Source of the DNA: an uncultured Ilumatobacteraceae bacterium
GTDB lineage: Bacteria; Actinomycetota; Acidimicrobiia; Acidimicrobiales; Ilumatobacteraceae
DNA length: 61,792 bases
Assembly: GCA_964350535.1 (NCBI GenBank)
Contig: CAYGLH010000001.1
Location: 1-61,792, forward strand
Reading direction: 5' to 3'
Part shown: positions 27,389 to 36,360 of the stretch, piece by piece
Numbering within the stretch: position 1 is the first letter of the stretch
Layout of the letters: every line of letters begins with the position of its first letter
The notes under the pieces: generated by a model
The model's input: only the letters and a program-made list of their open reading frames with translations
Told to the model about the DNA's origin: nothing
The model's database searches: none
Translations under genes and position numbers: made by a program

Positions 27389-28360
27389 GTGTCAGCCGTG
27401 ATCGAAGCCTCCCGGCTGACGATGCAGTTCCCCTCGACCCGAGCGTTGGACGAGCTGGAGGTCGCGGTGCCGTCGGGTGTCACGGGCCTCGTCGGCGCCA
27501 ACGGCGCCGGCAAGACCACGTTCATCTCGCTGATGCTCGGTCTCCTGCGGCCGACGAGCGGCGGGTTGCGCGTCCTCGGCCTCGATCCCGGCGAGCGGGG
27601 ACCTGAGCTGCGCGCCCGCATCGGGTACGGCCCGGAGCGCAACGTGCTCCCCGACGACATGGGTGCCTACGACTTCGTGCGGCACCTCGCCGAGGTCAAG
27701 GGCCTCCCGCGCGACGAGGCGCGCAGCCGAGCCAGCGACTCGCTGTACCTCGTCGGGCTCGGAGAAGAGCGGTTCCGCCTGCTGGGCACGATGTCGACCG
27801 GGCAGCGCCAGCGCGTCAAGTTGGCGCAGGCGATCGCCGCGGCGCCCGCCCTGATCGTGCTCGACGAACCGACGGACGGGCTCGACCCGGTCCAGCGCGA
27901 CGAGATGTTGAACATCATCGTGCAGGTCAACCGGAGCTTCGGGATCGACGTCCTCTTGTCGTCGCACGTCCTCGAGGAGGTCGAACGGATCTGCGACCAC
28001 GTGATCGCCCTCGACGCGGGCCGGCTGGTCGCCAGCGGCTCGATCGCCGAGCTCGCGGGGACCTCCGGCGGCATCGAGCTCGAGCTGGTCGAGATCGACG
28101 ATCGGCCGTCGTCGGTGGCCGAGGTGGAGCAGGCCCTCGTCCGAGCCGGCTATCGCGTCGCCCGCAGTGGCGCCGTGCTGACCGTCGTCGACGAACGCGA
28201 CGGCGGGGCGGCTGCCGACGAAGGAGCAGTGTTCGACGACACGACGCGCGCAGTCGCCGCGGCCGGCGCGCGGGTCCGCAGACTGGCGACGCGCCGCCGC
28301 ACCCTCGACGACGTGTTCGGCGGGGACGCGGACGACCCGGGCGCGGAGGCCCGGCCGTGA
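27389..28360 (+). CDS. ABC transporter ATP-binding protein (ABC-2 type, with C-terminal regulatory-like domain)
   Basis: GTG start. Walker A GANGAGKT, signature MSTGQRQR, Walker B LIVLDEPTDGLD, H-loop SSHVL. Confidence 0.9.
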   Translation: MSAVIEASRLTMQFPSTRALDELEVAVPSGVTGLVGANGAGKTTFISLMLGLLRPTSGGLRVLGLDPGERGPELRARIGYGPERNVLPDDMGAYDFVRHLAEVKGLPRDEARSRASDSLYLVGLGEERFRLLGTMSTGQRQRVKLAQAIAAAPALIVLDEPTDGLDPVQRDEMLNIIVQVNRSFGIDVLLSSHVLEEVERICDHVIALDAGRLVASGSIAELAGTSGGIELELVEIDDRPSSVAEVEQALVRAGYRVARSGAVLTVVDERDGGAAADEGAVFDDTTRAVAAAGARVRRLATRRRTLDDVFGGDADDPGAEARP

Positions 28361-29253
28361 CCTCACCGATCGCCGCCCCCGGTGGCCGCGGCGACGCCGA
28401 GATCGCGGCGCGCGGGTTCCAGCGCTACGACGGCCCGCGATCGGGCGTCCGAGGGGCGATCCGCAGTGTCATGTGGCAGAGCATCCGGGCCACCCTCGGC
28501 CTCGGCAGGCCGGCCCGACACAAGATCTTCCCGATCGCCGCGGTGGCGATCGCCTACGTGCCGGCGATCGCGTTCGTCGGCCTCGCCGTGTTGCTCCCCG
28601 AGAATGTCCTCGACCCGAACGAGATCGCCACGTACTCCGATTACTACGGCGTGATCGTGCTGGCGATCGTGTTGTTCGCGGCGCTCGTCGCGCCCGAGGC
28701 GCTGGTCACCGATCGACGCAACGGGATGTTGGCGATGTACCTCTCGACGCCCCTGTCGCGCGGCACCTACATCGCGTCGAAGGTCCTCGCCGTGGGGTTC
28801 ACGCTGGCGCTCGTCACGCTCGGCCCTCCGCTGCTGATGCTGATCGGCTACACGGTCGACGGGTCGGGGCCGGACGGGGTCGACATGTGGCTGCTGACCC
28901 TGCTCCGGTTGCTCGTGTCGTCCGTGGCGGTGTCGGTGGCGATCACCGCGGTGTCGCTCGGCATCTCCAGCGTCACCGACCGCCGGGCGTTCGCCTCGAT
29001 CGGGTTCGTGCTGGTCTTCTTCGTGTCGTCCGGGCTCGCCGGCGCCCTGGTCGAAGGGGCCGGGATGTCGGAGTACTGGTGGCTGATCGACCTCTCGACC
29101 GACAGCTTCGAGCTGGTCGCCCGCATCTACGGCGATCCCGGCACGGTGCCGTCGCTCGGCGTGGTCCCACTGCTGCTCGCCAACCTCGCCTGGACCGGCC
29201 TCGGCGCCGCGGTGGTCTGGTGGCGTTACTCCCGCCTGGTGATCGCCCGATGA
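28357..29253 (+). CDS. ABC-2-type transporter permease, hypothetical
   Basis: GTGA overlap with the upstream ATPase gene. 298 aa with about 6 TM helices and no other motif. The assignment rests on context. Confidence 0.7.
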   Translation: MTSPIAAPGGRGDAEIAARGFQRYDGPRSGVRGAIRSVMWQSIRATLGLGRPARHKIFPIAAVAIAYVPAIAFVGLAVLLPENVLDPNEIATYSDYYGVIVLAIVLFAALVAPEALVTDRRNGMLAMYLSTPLSRGTYIASKVLAVGFTLALVTLGPPLLMLIGYTVDGSGPDGVDMWLLTLLRLLVSSVAVSVAITAVSLGISSVTDRRAFASIGFVLVFFVSSGLAGALVEGAGMSEYWWLIDLSTDSFELVARIYGDPGTVPSLGVVPLLLANLAWTGLGAAVVWWRYSRLVIAR

Positions 29254-30224
29254 GCGAGCTCGCCGCACCGGACCCGTCCACGTTCGTCCCGCCCGTCGCC
29301 GCGCGGGTCGAGGGGATGATCGCCGTCAACGGTGTGTCGAAGTTCTTCGGCCCGGTCGTCGCGGTCAGCGAGGTGACGTTCGCGATCGACGCCGGGGTCA
29401 CCGCGCTCCTCGGCCCGAACGGCGCCGGCAAGTCGACGTTGTTCCGGATGATGTGCGGCCTCACGCCGCCGTCGCGCGGCACGATCGAGGTGCTCGGCGC
29501 CAACCCGCGTCGCGACCGTCCGGTGCGGGGGCGGGTCGCGCTCGTCCCGCAGCAGGACGCGCTGTTCGACCACCTCACGGTCCACGAATGGGTGGAGCTC
29601 GCCGCCCGCACCCACGGCATGGCCGACCCGGTCGAGGCTGCGGCGCGCGCGGTCGACCTCGTCGACCTCGGCGACACCGGTGCCAAGCGCGTCGGTGAGT
29701 TCTCCAAGGGGATGCGCCAGCGGGCCAAGGTCGCTGCGGCGCTCGTCAACGATCCCGAGGTGCTGATCCTCGACGAGCCGCTCACCGGTCTCGACCCGGT
29801 TCAGCGTCGGCGGATGATCGCACTGTTCCATCGCCTCGGTGACGAGGGGCGATGCGTGCTCGTGTCGAGCCACGTGCTCGACGAGGTGGCCCGACTCGGG
29901 TCGCGAGTGCTCGTGATCGCGCAGGGTCGCCTCGTCGCCAGAGGCGACTACCGCGACCTGCGCGACCTGATGGACGACCGTCCGCTGCGGATCCGCTTCG
30001 GCACGTCCGACCCACGCCGCCTGGGGGCCGCGCTCGTCGGACGCTCGCTCGTCCAGAGCGTCGGCATCGAACAGGACCACGTCGTGGTCGAGACGCTCGA
30101 CGTCGATGCGCTCGGGCGATCGATCGCCCCGCTGGCGCTCGAGCTCGGGCTCCGGCTGACGGAGATGTCCCCGCTCGACGACGACCTCGAGTCCGTGTTC
30201 CGCTATCTGGTGGAGGGCCGATGA
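29250..30224 (+). CDS. ABC transporter ATP-binding protein (ABC-2 type)
   Basis: ATGA overlap at 29250-29253. Walker A GPNGAGKST, signature FSKGMRQR, Walker B VLILDEPLTGLD, H-loop SSHVL. Confidence 0.9.
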   Translation: MSELAAPDPSTFVPPVAARVEGMIAVNGVSKFFGPVVAVSEVTFAIDAGVTALLGPNGAGKSTLFRMMCGLTPPSRGTIEVLGANPRRDRPVRGRVALVPQQDALFDHLTVHEWVELAARTHGMADPVEAAARAVDLVDLGDTGAKRVGEFSKGMRQRAKVAAALVNDPEVLILDEPLTGLDPVQRRRMIALFHRLGDEGRCVLVSSHVLDEVARLGSRVLVIAQGRLVARGDYRDLRDLMDDRPLRIRFGTSDPRRLGAALVGRSLVQSVGIEQDHVVVETLDVDALGRSIAPLALELGLRLTEMSPLDDDLESVFRYLVEGR

Positions 30225-30970
30225 GCAGCCAGGTCACGTCGTCGCGGTCGGTCGCCCCGGCCACGGCGCTGCGCCTCGTCTACCGGTTGGTGTTGCGCCA
30301 GCTGTCGACCACCGGCCGCATCGTCGCGCTGACGGTGCTGTCGTTGGTGGCGACGGTGGCCGGGTTCGCCCTCGGCCGATCCGACGAGGCCGACGCCGAA
30401 GCGGCTGCGCAGCTGATGGCCGGGATGGGCCTCGCCGTGGTCGTCCCGGTCGTGGCGCTGGTCTTCGCCGGCGCGGCGATCGGCGATCTGCGCGACGACA
30501 AGACGCTGATCTACCTCTGGCTGCGGCCGATGGACCGCTGGCCCATCGCGGTCGCCGCGGCGGGGGCGGCGGCGACGATCTCGGCACCGATCGCCATCGT
30601 GCCGGTCGTCGCAGGGGCGGCGCTCACGGGGACGGGTGGCGGCGTCGTGGTCGGCACACTGCTGGCGTCGGCGGTCGGGATCGTCGGCTACACCGGCGTG
30701 TTCACGCTGTTCGGGGTGTGGTTCCGCCGCTACATCGTCTGGGGCCTCGCCTACATCCTGATCTGGGAGGGCTTCATCGCCCAGGCCGGCAACGGGGTTG
30801 CCGCCGTGGCGATCCGCACCTACACCCGATCGATCCTCGTCGCGTTCGCCGACGTCGACCTCGACCCGACCGACGTGTCGCTCGCCCTCGGCATCGCGGT
30901 GCCGATCATCGCCGCGGCGGCGGCGCTGGCGATCGCCTCCTGGCGCCTGGACACCCACGACATCGACTGA
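30221..30970 (+). CDS. ABC-2-type transporter permease, hypothetical
   Basis: ATGA overlap at 30221-30224. 249 aa with about 6 TM helices. The assignment rests on context. Confidence 0.7.
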   Translation: MSSQVTSSRSVAPATALRLVYRLVLRQLSTTGRIVALTVLSLVATVAGFALGRSDEADAEAAAQLMAGMGLAVVVPVVALVFAGAAIGDLRDDKTLIYLWLRPMDRWPIAVAAAGAAATISAPIAIVPVVAGAALTGTGGGVVVGTLLASAVGIVGYTGVFTLFGVWFRRYIVWGLAYILIWEGFIAQAGNGVAAVAIRTYTRSILVAFADVDLDPTDVSLALGIAVPIIAAAAALAIASWRLDTHDID

Positions 30971-31033
30971 CCCGCTCGTCCGCGACCGTTCGCGAGATTC
31001 CCGGGGGAGACGGCGTCAGAAGGATGAGATGCG

Positions 31034-31351
31034 TCAGAGGAGCCAGAGGAGGAGCCACAGCACCGTCATGCCGGCGACCAGCGTGACGATGAGGTTGCGG
31101 GTGAGCGCGGCGACGACGACGGCGGTGGCCACTGCGGCCCACTCCTCGACGCTGATGTTGGCGGCGTTGCCACCGTCGGCGATGAGCGTCACGGTCAGTG
31201 CGGCGAGGACGGCGGGCCCCACGTAGCGCAGGGCGCGCTCGACCACGAGGGGCAGCTTGCGGCCGGCGAGGAAGAGGATCGGCGCACCGCGCGCGGCGTA
31301 GGTCAGCGCGCCGACCGCGACGACCGCGAGCAGTGCTGCACCGGTGCTCAC
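31034..31351 (-). CDS. azlD: AzlD-family branched-chain amino acid transport protein
   Basis: 105-aa hydrophobic protein directly downstream of azlC, with a GTGA overlap at 31348-31351. It is the C-terminal part of track ORF 31034..31948. Confidence 0.75.
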   Translation of the reverse strand: MSTGAALLAVVAVGALTYAARGAPILFLAGRKLPLVVERALRYVGPAVLAALTVTLIADGGNAANISVEEWAAVATAVVVAALTRNLIVTLVAGMTVLWLLLWLL

Positions 31352-32076
31352 CCGACCGCCTCCGACATCAGGTCGTCGGGGTCCTGGCGATCTGACGTGT
31401 CGCCGATCAGGGTCTCGGCCACCACGCCCGCCACCACACCGGACAGCGCGCCGACGAGGATGCCGGAGTTGTTCGGCAGGTCGAGGCTGACGATGCTCAC
31501 GCCGGCGCCGACCACGGCGGCGACGACCCCCGGACGGTTCGAGATCCCGAGGACGACGAGGCCGGTGAACATCACCGCGGGCGCCACGTCGAGCCGCCAG
31601 CTCTCGGGGATCGCCGAGCCGACGACCATGCCGAGCGTCACCGAGGACATCCACACCGACCAGAAGAACAGCCCGACCGTGAGGTAGTAGCGCCGCCACG
31701 CCTGATCGTCGAGGTCGTCGCGCTGGGAGACGAGCGCGAAGACCTGGTCGATCAGCACGTACGGGCCGACCCAGCGGAACCAGCGCGGCTGACGGCCGAA
31801 GCGCGGCGACAACGCCACGCTGTACATCAGGTGACGGAGGTTGATCACCGCGGCGGTGGTGACGAGGGTGAGCCAGGTCGCGACGCCGGCCAGCGTCACG
31901 GTCGCCAGCTGGGCGGCACCGGCGAAGATGAACAGGTTGGTCGACCATCCGATGGCGTCGGGGATCTGCGACTCGGTGATCTCCACGCCGAGCACCAACC
32001 CGAACGGAAGCGCGGGGATGAACAGCGGGAAGGCGTCGAGGATCCCGCGGCGGACGAGCCCGTCAGGCCGTGGCAC
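31348..32076 (-). CDS. azlC: AzlC-family branched-chain amino acid permease/exporter
   Basis: ..PFGLVLGV.., ..LFIFAGAAQLA.., ..NLRHLMYS.. are AzlC hallmarks. GTG start at 32076. Confidence 0.85.
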   Translation of the reverse strand: MPRPDGLVRRGILDAFPLFIPALPFGLVLGVEITESQIPDAIGWSTNLFIFAGAAQLATVTLAGVATWLTLVTTAAVINLRHLMYSVALSPRFGRQPRWFRWVGPYVLIDQVFALVSQRDDLDDQAWRRYYLTVGLFFWSVWMSSVTLGMVVGSAIPESWRLDVAPAVMFTGLVVLGISNRPGVVAAVVGAGVSIVSLDLPNNSGILVGALSGVVAGVVAETLIGDTSDRQDPDDLMSEAVG

Positions 32077-33280
32077 GGGTCTTCCGCAGGAGGGGGTCGG
32101 CGAGGGCGAGCGTGCGGTCGGCGAGGGACAGCACCGTCCCGGCGGCTCCCGGCGTGGTGTTGTCGACGAGGTTGCCCATGACCTGGAGGGTGATGTTGGC
32201 GATCGCGTCGGTGCTCACCGAGAGCCGCAGCCCGCTGCGCAGGATCCACGGGTGGCCGATCAGGAACGAGAAGCGCCGACCGGTGCGCAGGAACGCGTCG
32301 AAGCGCTCCCCGACGAGGGTGTCGTAGCGGTCGGGGACGGTCGCCGGATCGTCGACGAAGAGATCGGCGGCGAGCATGCCCGACTCCAGGCCGTAGTCGA
32401 TGCCTTCGCCGTTCATCGGGTTGATCAGGCCGGCGGCGTCGCCGACCGCCACCCACCCGGGTCCGTGGCGACGTTGCGCCGACATGGGCAGGCGCCAGGC
32501 GCGGGCCCGTTCGAGGTCGGGCCCGAGCGTCCAGTCGTCCTGGACCTGGTGGCGGTAGGCCTGCAGCAGCGTGTTGAGGTTGAGCTTCTTGAAGCCCTTC
32601 ATGGTGGACAGCGCACCCACGCCGATGTTCACGGTGCCGTCGCCGGCCGGGAACATCCAGCCGTAGCCGGGCACGGCGACCCCGTGCTCGTCCTTCAGCG
32701 ACAGGCACGCTTCGAGGTGGGCGTCGGCGTGCCGTGGGGTCTCGGCATAGGTGCGGATCGCCAGACCGAACGGTTCGTCGGCGATGCGGTCGGCGCCGAG
32801 CAGTCGTGCCGCCGCGCCGGGAGCGCCTGCGGCGAGGACGGTCAGGTCGGTCGGATACTCGACACCGTCGGCGGTGACCCCGGTGACGCGGCCGTCGGAC
32901 AGCACGGGCGACGCCTCCGTCCCCCAGCGGACGTCGGCACCGGCCTCCTCGGCGGCGGCCGCGAGGGCCAGGTCGAGCCGCCGACGCGGCCACACCGCGC
33001 CGTGGCCGGGGAACCGGTCGGTCGCCGGCCAGTCGAGCTCGCGGGTGATCGAGCCGGCGATCATCCGCAGCCCGCGGATGCGGTGGGCGTCGTCGAGGGG
33101 GATCTTCAGTTCGTCGAGCGCGGCGACGGCGCGCGGGGTGAGGCCGTCGCCGCAGACCTTGTCGCGACCGCGGGCGCCCTTCTCGAACACGACGACGCGC
33201 ACCCCGGCGCGGGCGGCGCGGATCGCGGTGGCCGCCCCTGCCGGTCCGCCGCCGATCACCGCGAGGTCGTACGAACTCAT
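32063..33280 (-). CDS. Geranylgeranyl-reductase-family FAD-dependent oxidoreductase
   Basis: N-terminal YDLAVIGGGPAGAATA (GxGxxG), ..KVCGDGLTPRA.., ..GDAAGLINPMNGEGI... 405 aa. Confidence 0.85.
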   Translation of the reverse strand: MSSYDLAVIGGGPAGAATAIRAARAGVRVVVFEKGARGRDKVCGDGLTPRAVAALDELKIPLDDAHRIRGLRMIAGSITRELDWPATDRFPGHGAVWPRRRLDLALAAAAEEAGADVRWGTEASPVLSDGRVTGVTADGVEYPTDLTVLAAGAPGAAARLLGADRIADEPFGLAIRTYAETPRHADAHLEACLSLKDEHGVAVPGYGWMFPAGDGTVNIGVGALSTMKGFKKLNLNTLLQAYRHQVQDDWTLGPDLERARAWRLPMSAQRRHGPGWVAVGDAAGLINPMNGEGIDYGLESGMLAADLFVDDPATVPDRYDTLVGERFDAFLRTGRRFSFLIGHPWILRSGLRLSVSTDAIANITLQVMGNLVDNTTPGAAGTVLSLADRTLALADPLLRKTRATA

Positions 33281-33292
33281 CGCACTACGGTG

Positions 33293-33378
33293 CCGGAAAC
33301 GGCGGCAGGTTGCACCCTCGGTTCACGTCCGGGCTGGTGGTGCCGCCACCCGGGACCCCCGAACCCGGCCGTTTCCGG
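33293..33378. repeat. Perfect 11-bp inverted repeat CCGGAAACGGC ... GCCGTTTCCGG separated by 64 nt, enclosing smaller GC hairpins
   Basis: Read directly: 33293-33303 and 33368-33378 are exact reverse complements. Inside is the inner hairpin GGTGG-tgccg-CCACC at 33336-33350. It lies in the 176-nt spacer between two minus-strand genes. Confidence 0.6.
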
Positions 33379-33456
33379 GTCGGATGTTGGGCTGCGAGCC
33401 CGTGATCGGACCCGCAAACCGTGGGGCTGGTGTTTGTGGGTCGGCCAGGGTGGCGG

Positions 33457-34602
33457 TCAGACCTCGAGCTGGGTGGACAGCGACTCGACCGACTCGATGA
33501 ACTCCTCGACCATCTCGATGACGACCTGACCGGCCGACTTGGACTGGTTCATCGTGCCCACGATCTGGCCGACGAAGTAGTTCGCCAGCTTCTCGGCACC
33601 GGACCCCTTCTGGTGGGCGGCGCGGGCGATCCGCCGTTGCGCATCGTTGGTGAGGATGGGCTGCAACGGCATGCCCAGCGGATCGGGGGTGTCGACCCGG
33701 TCCCACTCCTCGGTCCAGGCCGACTTCAGCATCCGGGCGTGCTTGCCCGTGAGCGAACGCGACCGGATCGTGTCGGCAGAGGTGGCCGCCAGGAACTTCT
33801 CCTTGACGACGGGATGGGTCTCGGCCTCCTCGGTGGTGAGCCACACCGAACCACACCACACGCCGTGGGCGCCCAGCGCCATCGCCGCCGCCATCTGACG
33901 GCCGCGACCGATGCCGCCCGCGGCGAGCACCGGGATGTCGACGGCGTCCACGATCTCGGGGATCAGCACCATCGTGCCGATCTCCCCGGTGTGTCCGCCG
34001 GCCTCGGACCCCTGGGCGATGATCAGGTCGACGCCGGCCGCGGCGTGCCGCTCGGCGTGCTGCGGCCGCCCGGCGAGGGCGCCGACGAGGCGGCCCTCCT
34101 CCTTGACCCGGTCGATGAGGAACTGCGGCGGCGGACCGAGCGCGTTGGCGACGAACGCGGTGCGATGCGCCAGCGCGATCTCCAGTTGGGGCACGGCTGC
34201 GTTCGCGCTGAACGGGGCGCTGCCGTCGTGCGAGCCGACGCTCGTGGCGGCCCGCGTCTCGTCGTCGGGCGGAAGATCGGGGACGTCGTAGCGGGCGAGG
34301 ATGTCGTCGATGAACTCGCGGTGCTCGGCCGGGATCAGCTGGGCGATGTCGTCCATCGTGTACCCCCCGCCCTCGTCGCCGGCGTACTTGGCCGGCACGA
34401 TCAGGTCGACGCCGTACGGCCGGTCGCCCACCTCGTCCTCGATCCAGGCGAGGTCGATCTCCAACTGCTCGGGCGAGTGGGACACGGCGCCGAGCACGCC
34501 GAGCCCTCCGGCCTTGGTGACGGCGGCGACGACGTCGCGACAGTGGCTGAAGGCGAAGATCGGGAACTCGATCCCGAGCATGTCGGTGGCGGCGGTCTTC
34601 AT
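33457..34602 (-). CDS. Nitronate monooxygenase (NMO / 2-nitropropane dioxygenase-like) FMN enzyme
   Basis: ..GGLGVLG.., ..IIAQGSEAGGHTGEIGT.., ..VLAAGGIGRGRQ... ATG at 34602 lies within track ORF 33457..34743. Confidence 0.85.
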   Translation of the reverse strand: MKTAATDMLGIEFPIFAFSHCRDVVAAVTKAGGLGVLGAVSHSPEQLEIDLAWIEDEVGDRPYGVDLIVPAKYAGDEGGGYTMDDIAQLIPAEHREFIDDILARYDVPDLPPDDETRAATSVGSHDGSAPFSANAAVPQLEIALAHRTAFVANALGPPPQFLIDRVKEEGRLVGALAGRPQHAERHAAAGVDLIIAQGSEAGGHTGEIGTMVLIPEIVDAVDIPVLAAGGIGRGRQMAAAMALGAHGVWCGSVWLTTEEAETHPVVKEKFLAATSADTIRSRSLTGKHARMLKSAWTEEWDRVDTPDPLGMPLQPILTNDAQRRIARAAHQKGSGAEKLANYFVGQIVGTMNQSKSAGQVVIEMVEEFIESVESLSTQLEV

Positions 34603-34671
34603 GGGGCCAGTCTCGCCCGTCGACGCCCTCCGGACGAAGGCGGGGACTGCACGAGATGGCATGCTCGTCCG

Positions 34672-35637
34672 ATGGAACGCCCGACCAGCGACGTGCTGTT
34701 CTGCACCGACACCTTCTACGAGGAACACCGCGGGCGGGTCCACGAGATCGCCCCGGACCTCGGTGTGATCCCGCTGGTGGACGGGCGCGACGTCGGCGCC
34801 GCCGAGCTGGAGCGGATCACGCTCGCGTTCTTCTCGGGCGACGCGTGGCCCGAGCGAGCACCGACATACATGTCCGTGGCGCTACAAGCGCCGAACATGC
34901 GGTGGTTCCACACGATGTCGGCCGGTGTCGACCACCCCGTGTTCACGTCGATGGTCGAGCGTGGCATCAGGCTCACCACCTCGTCGGGGTCGAACGCCGC
35001 GCCGATCGCCGGCACGGTGATGATGTACCTGCTGGCGCTCAGCCGCGGCCTGCCGGCGATGCTGCGGGCCCAGGCCGACCACGCCTGGTCGTGGCGACGG
35101 TGGGACGAGCTCGCAGGGCGGCGCATCGCCGTCGTCGGCTACGGCCCGATCGGGCAGGAGGTGGTGCGGCTGGCCACGGCGTTCGGCATGGAGCCGACCA
35201 TCGTCCGTCGCGCCGCGCGCGGCGACGAACCGGCACCGGTGCGGGCGATCGCCGACCTGCTCGGCGCCGCCGCGTCGACCGATGTGCTCGTCGTGGCGCT
35301 GCCCCTCAACGACGACACCCGGGGCCTCATCGGGACCGAGGTGTTCGACGCGCTGCCCGCCCACGCGCTGTTCGTCAACGTCGGGCGCGGCGAGCTGGTC
35401 GACCAGCCGGCGCTCGTCGCGGCGCTCGGCTCCGGCTCCATCGCCGGTGCCGGCCTCGATGTCACCGACCCCGAGCCGCTCCCGGCGGACGATCCGCTGT
35501 GGGACGCGCCGAACCTGATCCTCACCCCGCACAACTCGGGGTCGAGCGACGGCACGGGCCGTCGCGGCGTCGAGGCGTTCCTGGCGAACCTGCGACGTTG
35601 GGTGGCCGGGGCACCTCTCGCCAACGAAGTCGGCTGA
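34672..35637 (+). CDS. D-isomer-specific 2-hydroxyacid dehydrogenase family protein
   Basis: ..IAVVGYGPIGQEV.. (NAD fold), ..FVNVGRGELVD.., ..LILTPHNSG... ATG 34672. Confidence 0.85.
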   Translation: MERPTSDVLFCTDTFYEEHRGRVHEIAPDLGVIPLVDGRDVGAAELERITLAFFSGDAWPERAPTYMSVALQAPNMRWFHTMSAGVDHPVFTSMVERGIRLTTSSGSNAAPIAGTVMMYLLALSRGLPAMLRAQADHAWSWRRWDELAGRRIAVVGYGPIGQEVVRLATAFGMEPTIVRRAARGDEPAPVRAIADLLGAAASTDVLVVALPLNDDTRGLIGTEVFDALPAHALFVNVGRGELVDQPALVAALGSGSIAGAGLDVTDPEPLPADDPLWDAPNLILTPHNSGSSDGTGRRGVEAFLANLRRWVAGAPLANEVG

Positions 35638-35643
35638 GCACGG

Positions 35644-36360
35644 ATGCGTCGCCCGGCAGTCTGGATCATCGTCGCCGGCGTGTTGAGCGCCGTGGTGTTC
35701 GCCGCCGTCACCACGGCGGGTGGGGTCGGGATGTGGATCGAGCCGCAGTGGGATCCCGTGCCGCGCGAGACGCGCTGGGCCGACGGCGACACCGGACCTG
35801 CGCTGGTCCAGGAGCCCCCGCCGGAGGTCGAGGAGCACACGCCGGCGGAGTTCCCCGGCTGGCTCGAAGCGCTGCTGCAGGTGGCGATGATCGGCGCCGC
35901 CGCGATCGTGGTCGTCGTGTTGGCCGTCGTCGCCTGGCGACATCGACCACGGTTCCGTGGTCGGCGCCCGGCCCGGGGCGACGCGGACTTCGACGTGCTC
36001 CCCGATGTCGCCGCTGCGGTCGTCGACGAGGCGGAGGCGCAGCGCGCCGAGTTGCTCACCGGGTCGCCGCGGAACGCGATCGTGCGCTGCTGGTCGCGCC
36101 TCGAGCGTGATGTCGCCGCCATCGGGCTGCCGCGCGACCCGGCGCACACCTCGGTCGAGTTCACCGAGCGCGTGCTCGGGGAGTTCGCCGTCGACTCCAC
36201 GTCGATCGAGGAACTGGGCGCGCTCTACCGCGAGGCACGCTTCTCGCAGCACCCGGTCGCCGAGGACGATCGGCTGGCTGCGCTCGCGGCGCTCGATCGC
36301 TTGCACGACGACCTGCGCGCGGTCGCCGGTCGGCGTGTCGCCGAAGGCGTGGACGCATGA
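35644..36360 (+). CDS. DUF4129-domain membrane protein
   Basis: It has two TM helices. The C-terminal block ..NAIVRCWSRLERDVAAIGLPRDPAHTSVEFTERVL...LGALYREARFSQHPV.. matches the DUF4129 pattern seen next to MoxR/DUF58 genes. Confidence 0.75.
   Translation: MRRPAVWIIVAGVLSAVVFAAVTTAGGVGMWIEPQWDPVPRETRWADGDTGPALVQEPPPEVEEHTPAEFPGWLEALLQVAMIGAAAIVVVVLAVVAWRHRPRFRGRRPARGDADFDVLPDVAAAVVDEAEAQRAELLTGSPRNAIVRCWSRLERDVAAIGLPRDPAHTSVEFTERVLGEFAVDSTSIEELGALYREARFSQHPVAEDDRLAALAALDRLHDDLRAVAGRRVAEGVDA

Noticed and set aside
33293-33378. MITE-like miniature element (11-bp terminal inverted repeats around a 64-nt core)
   Set aside because: There is no target-site duplication at the flanks (TG / GT), and no other copy is visible in this window. 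It is kept only as a structured spacer of unknown function.
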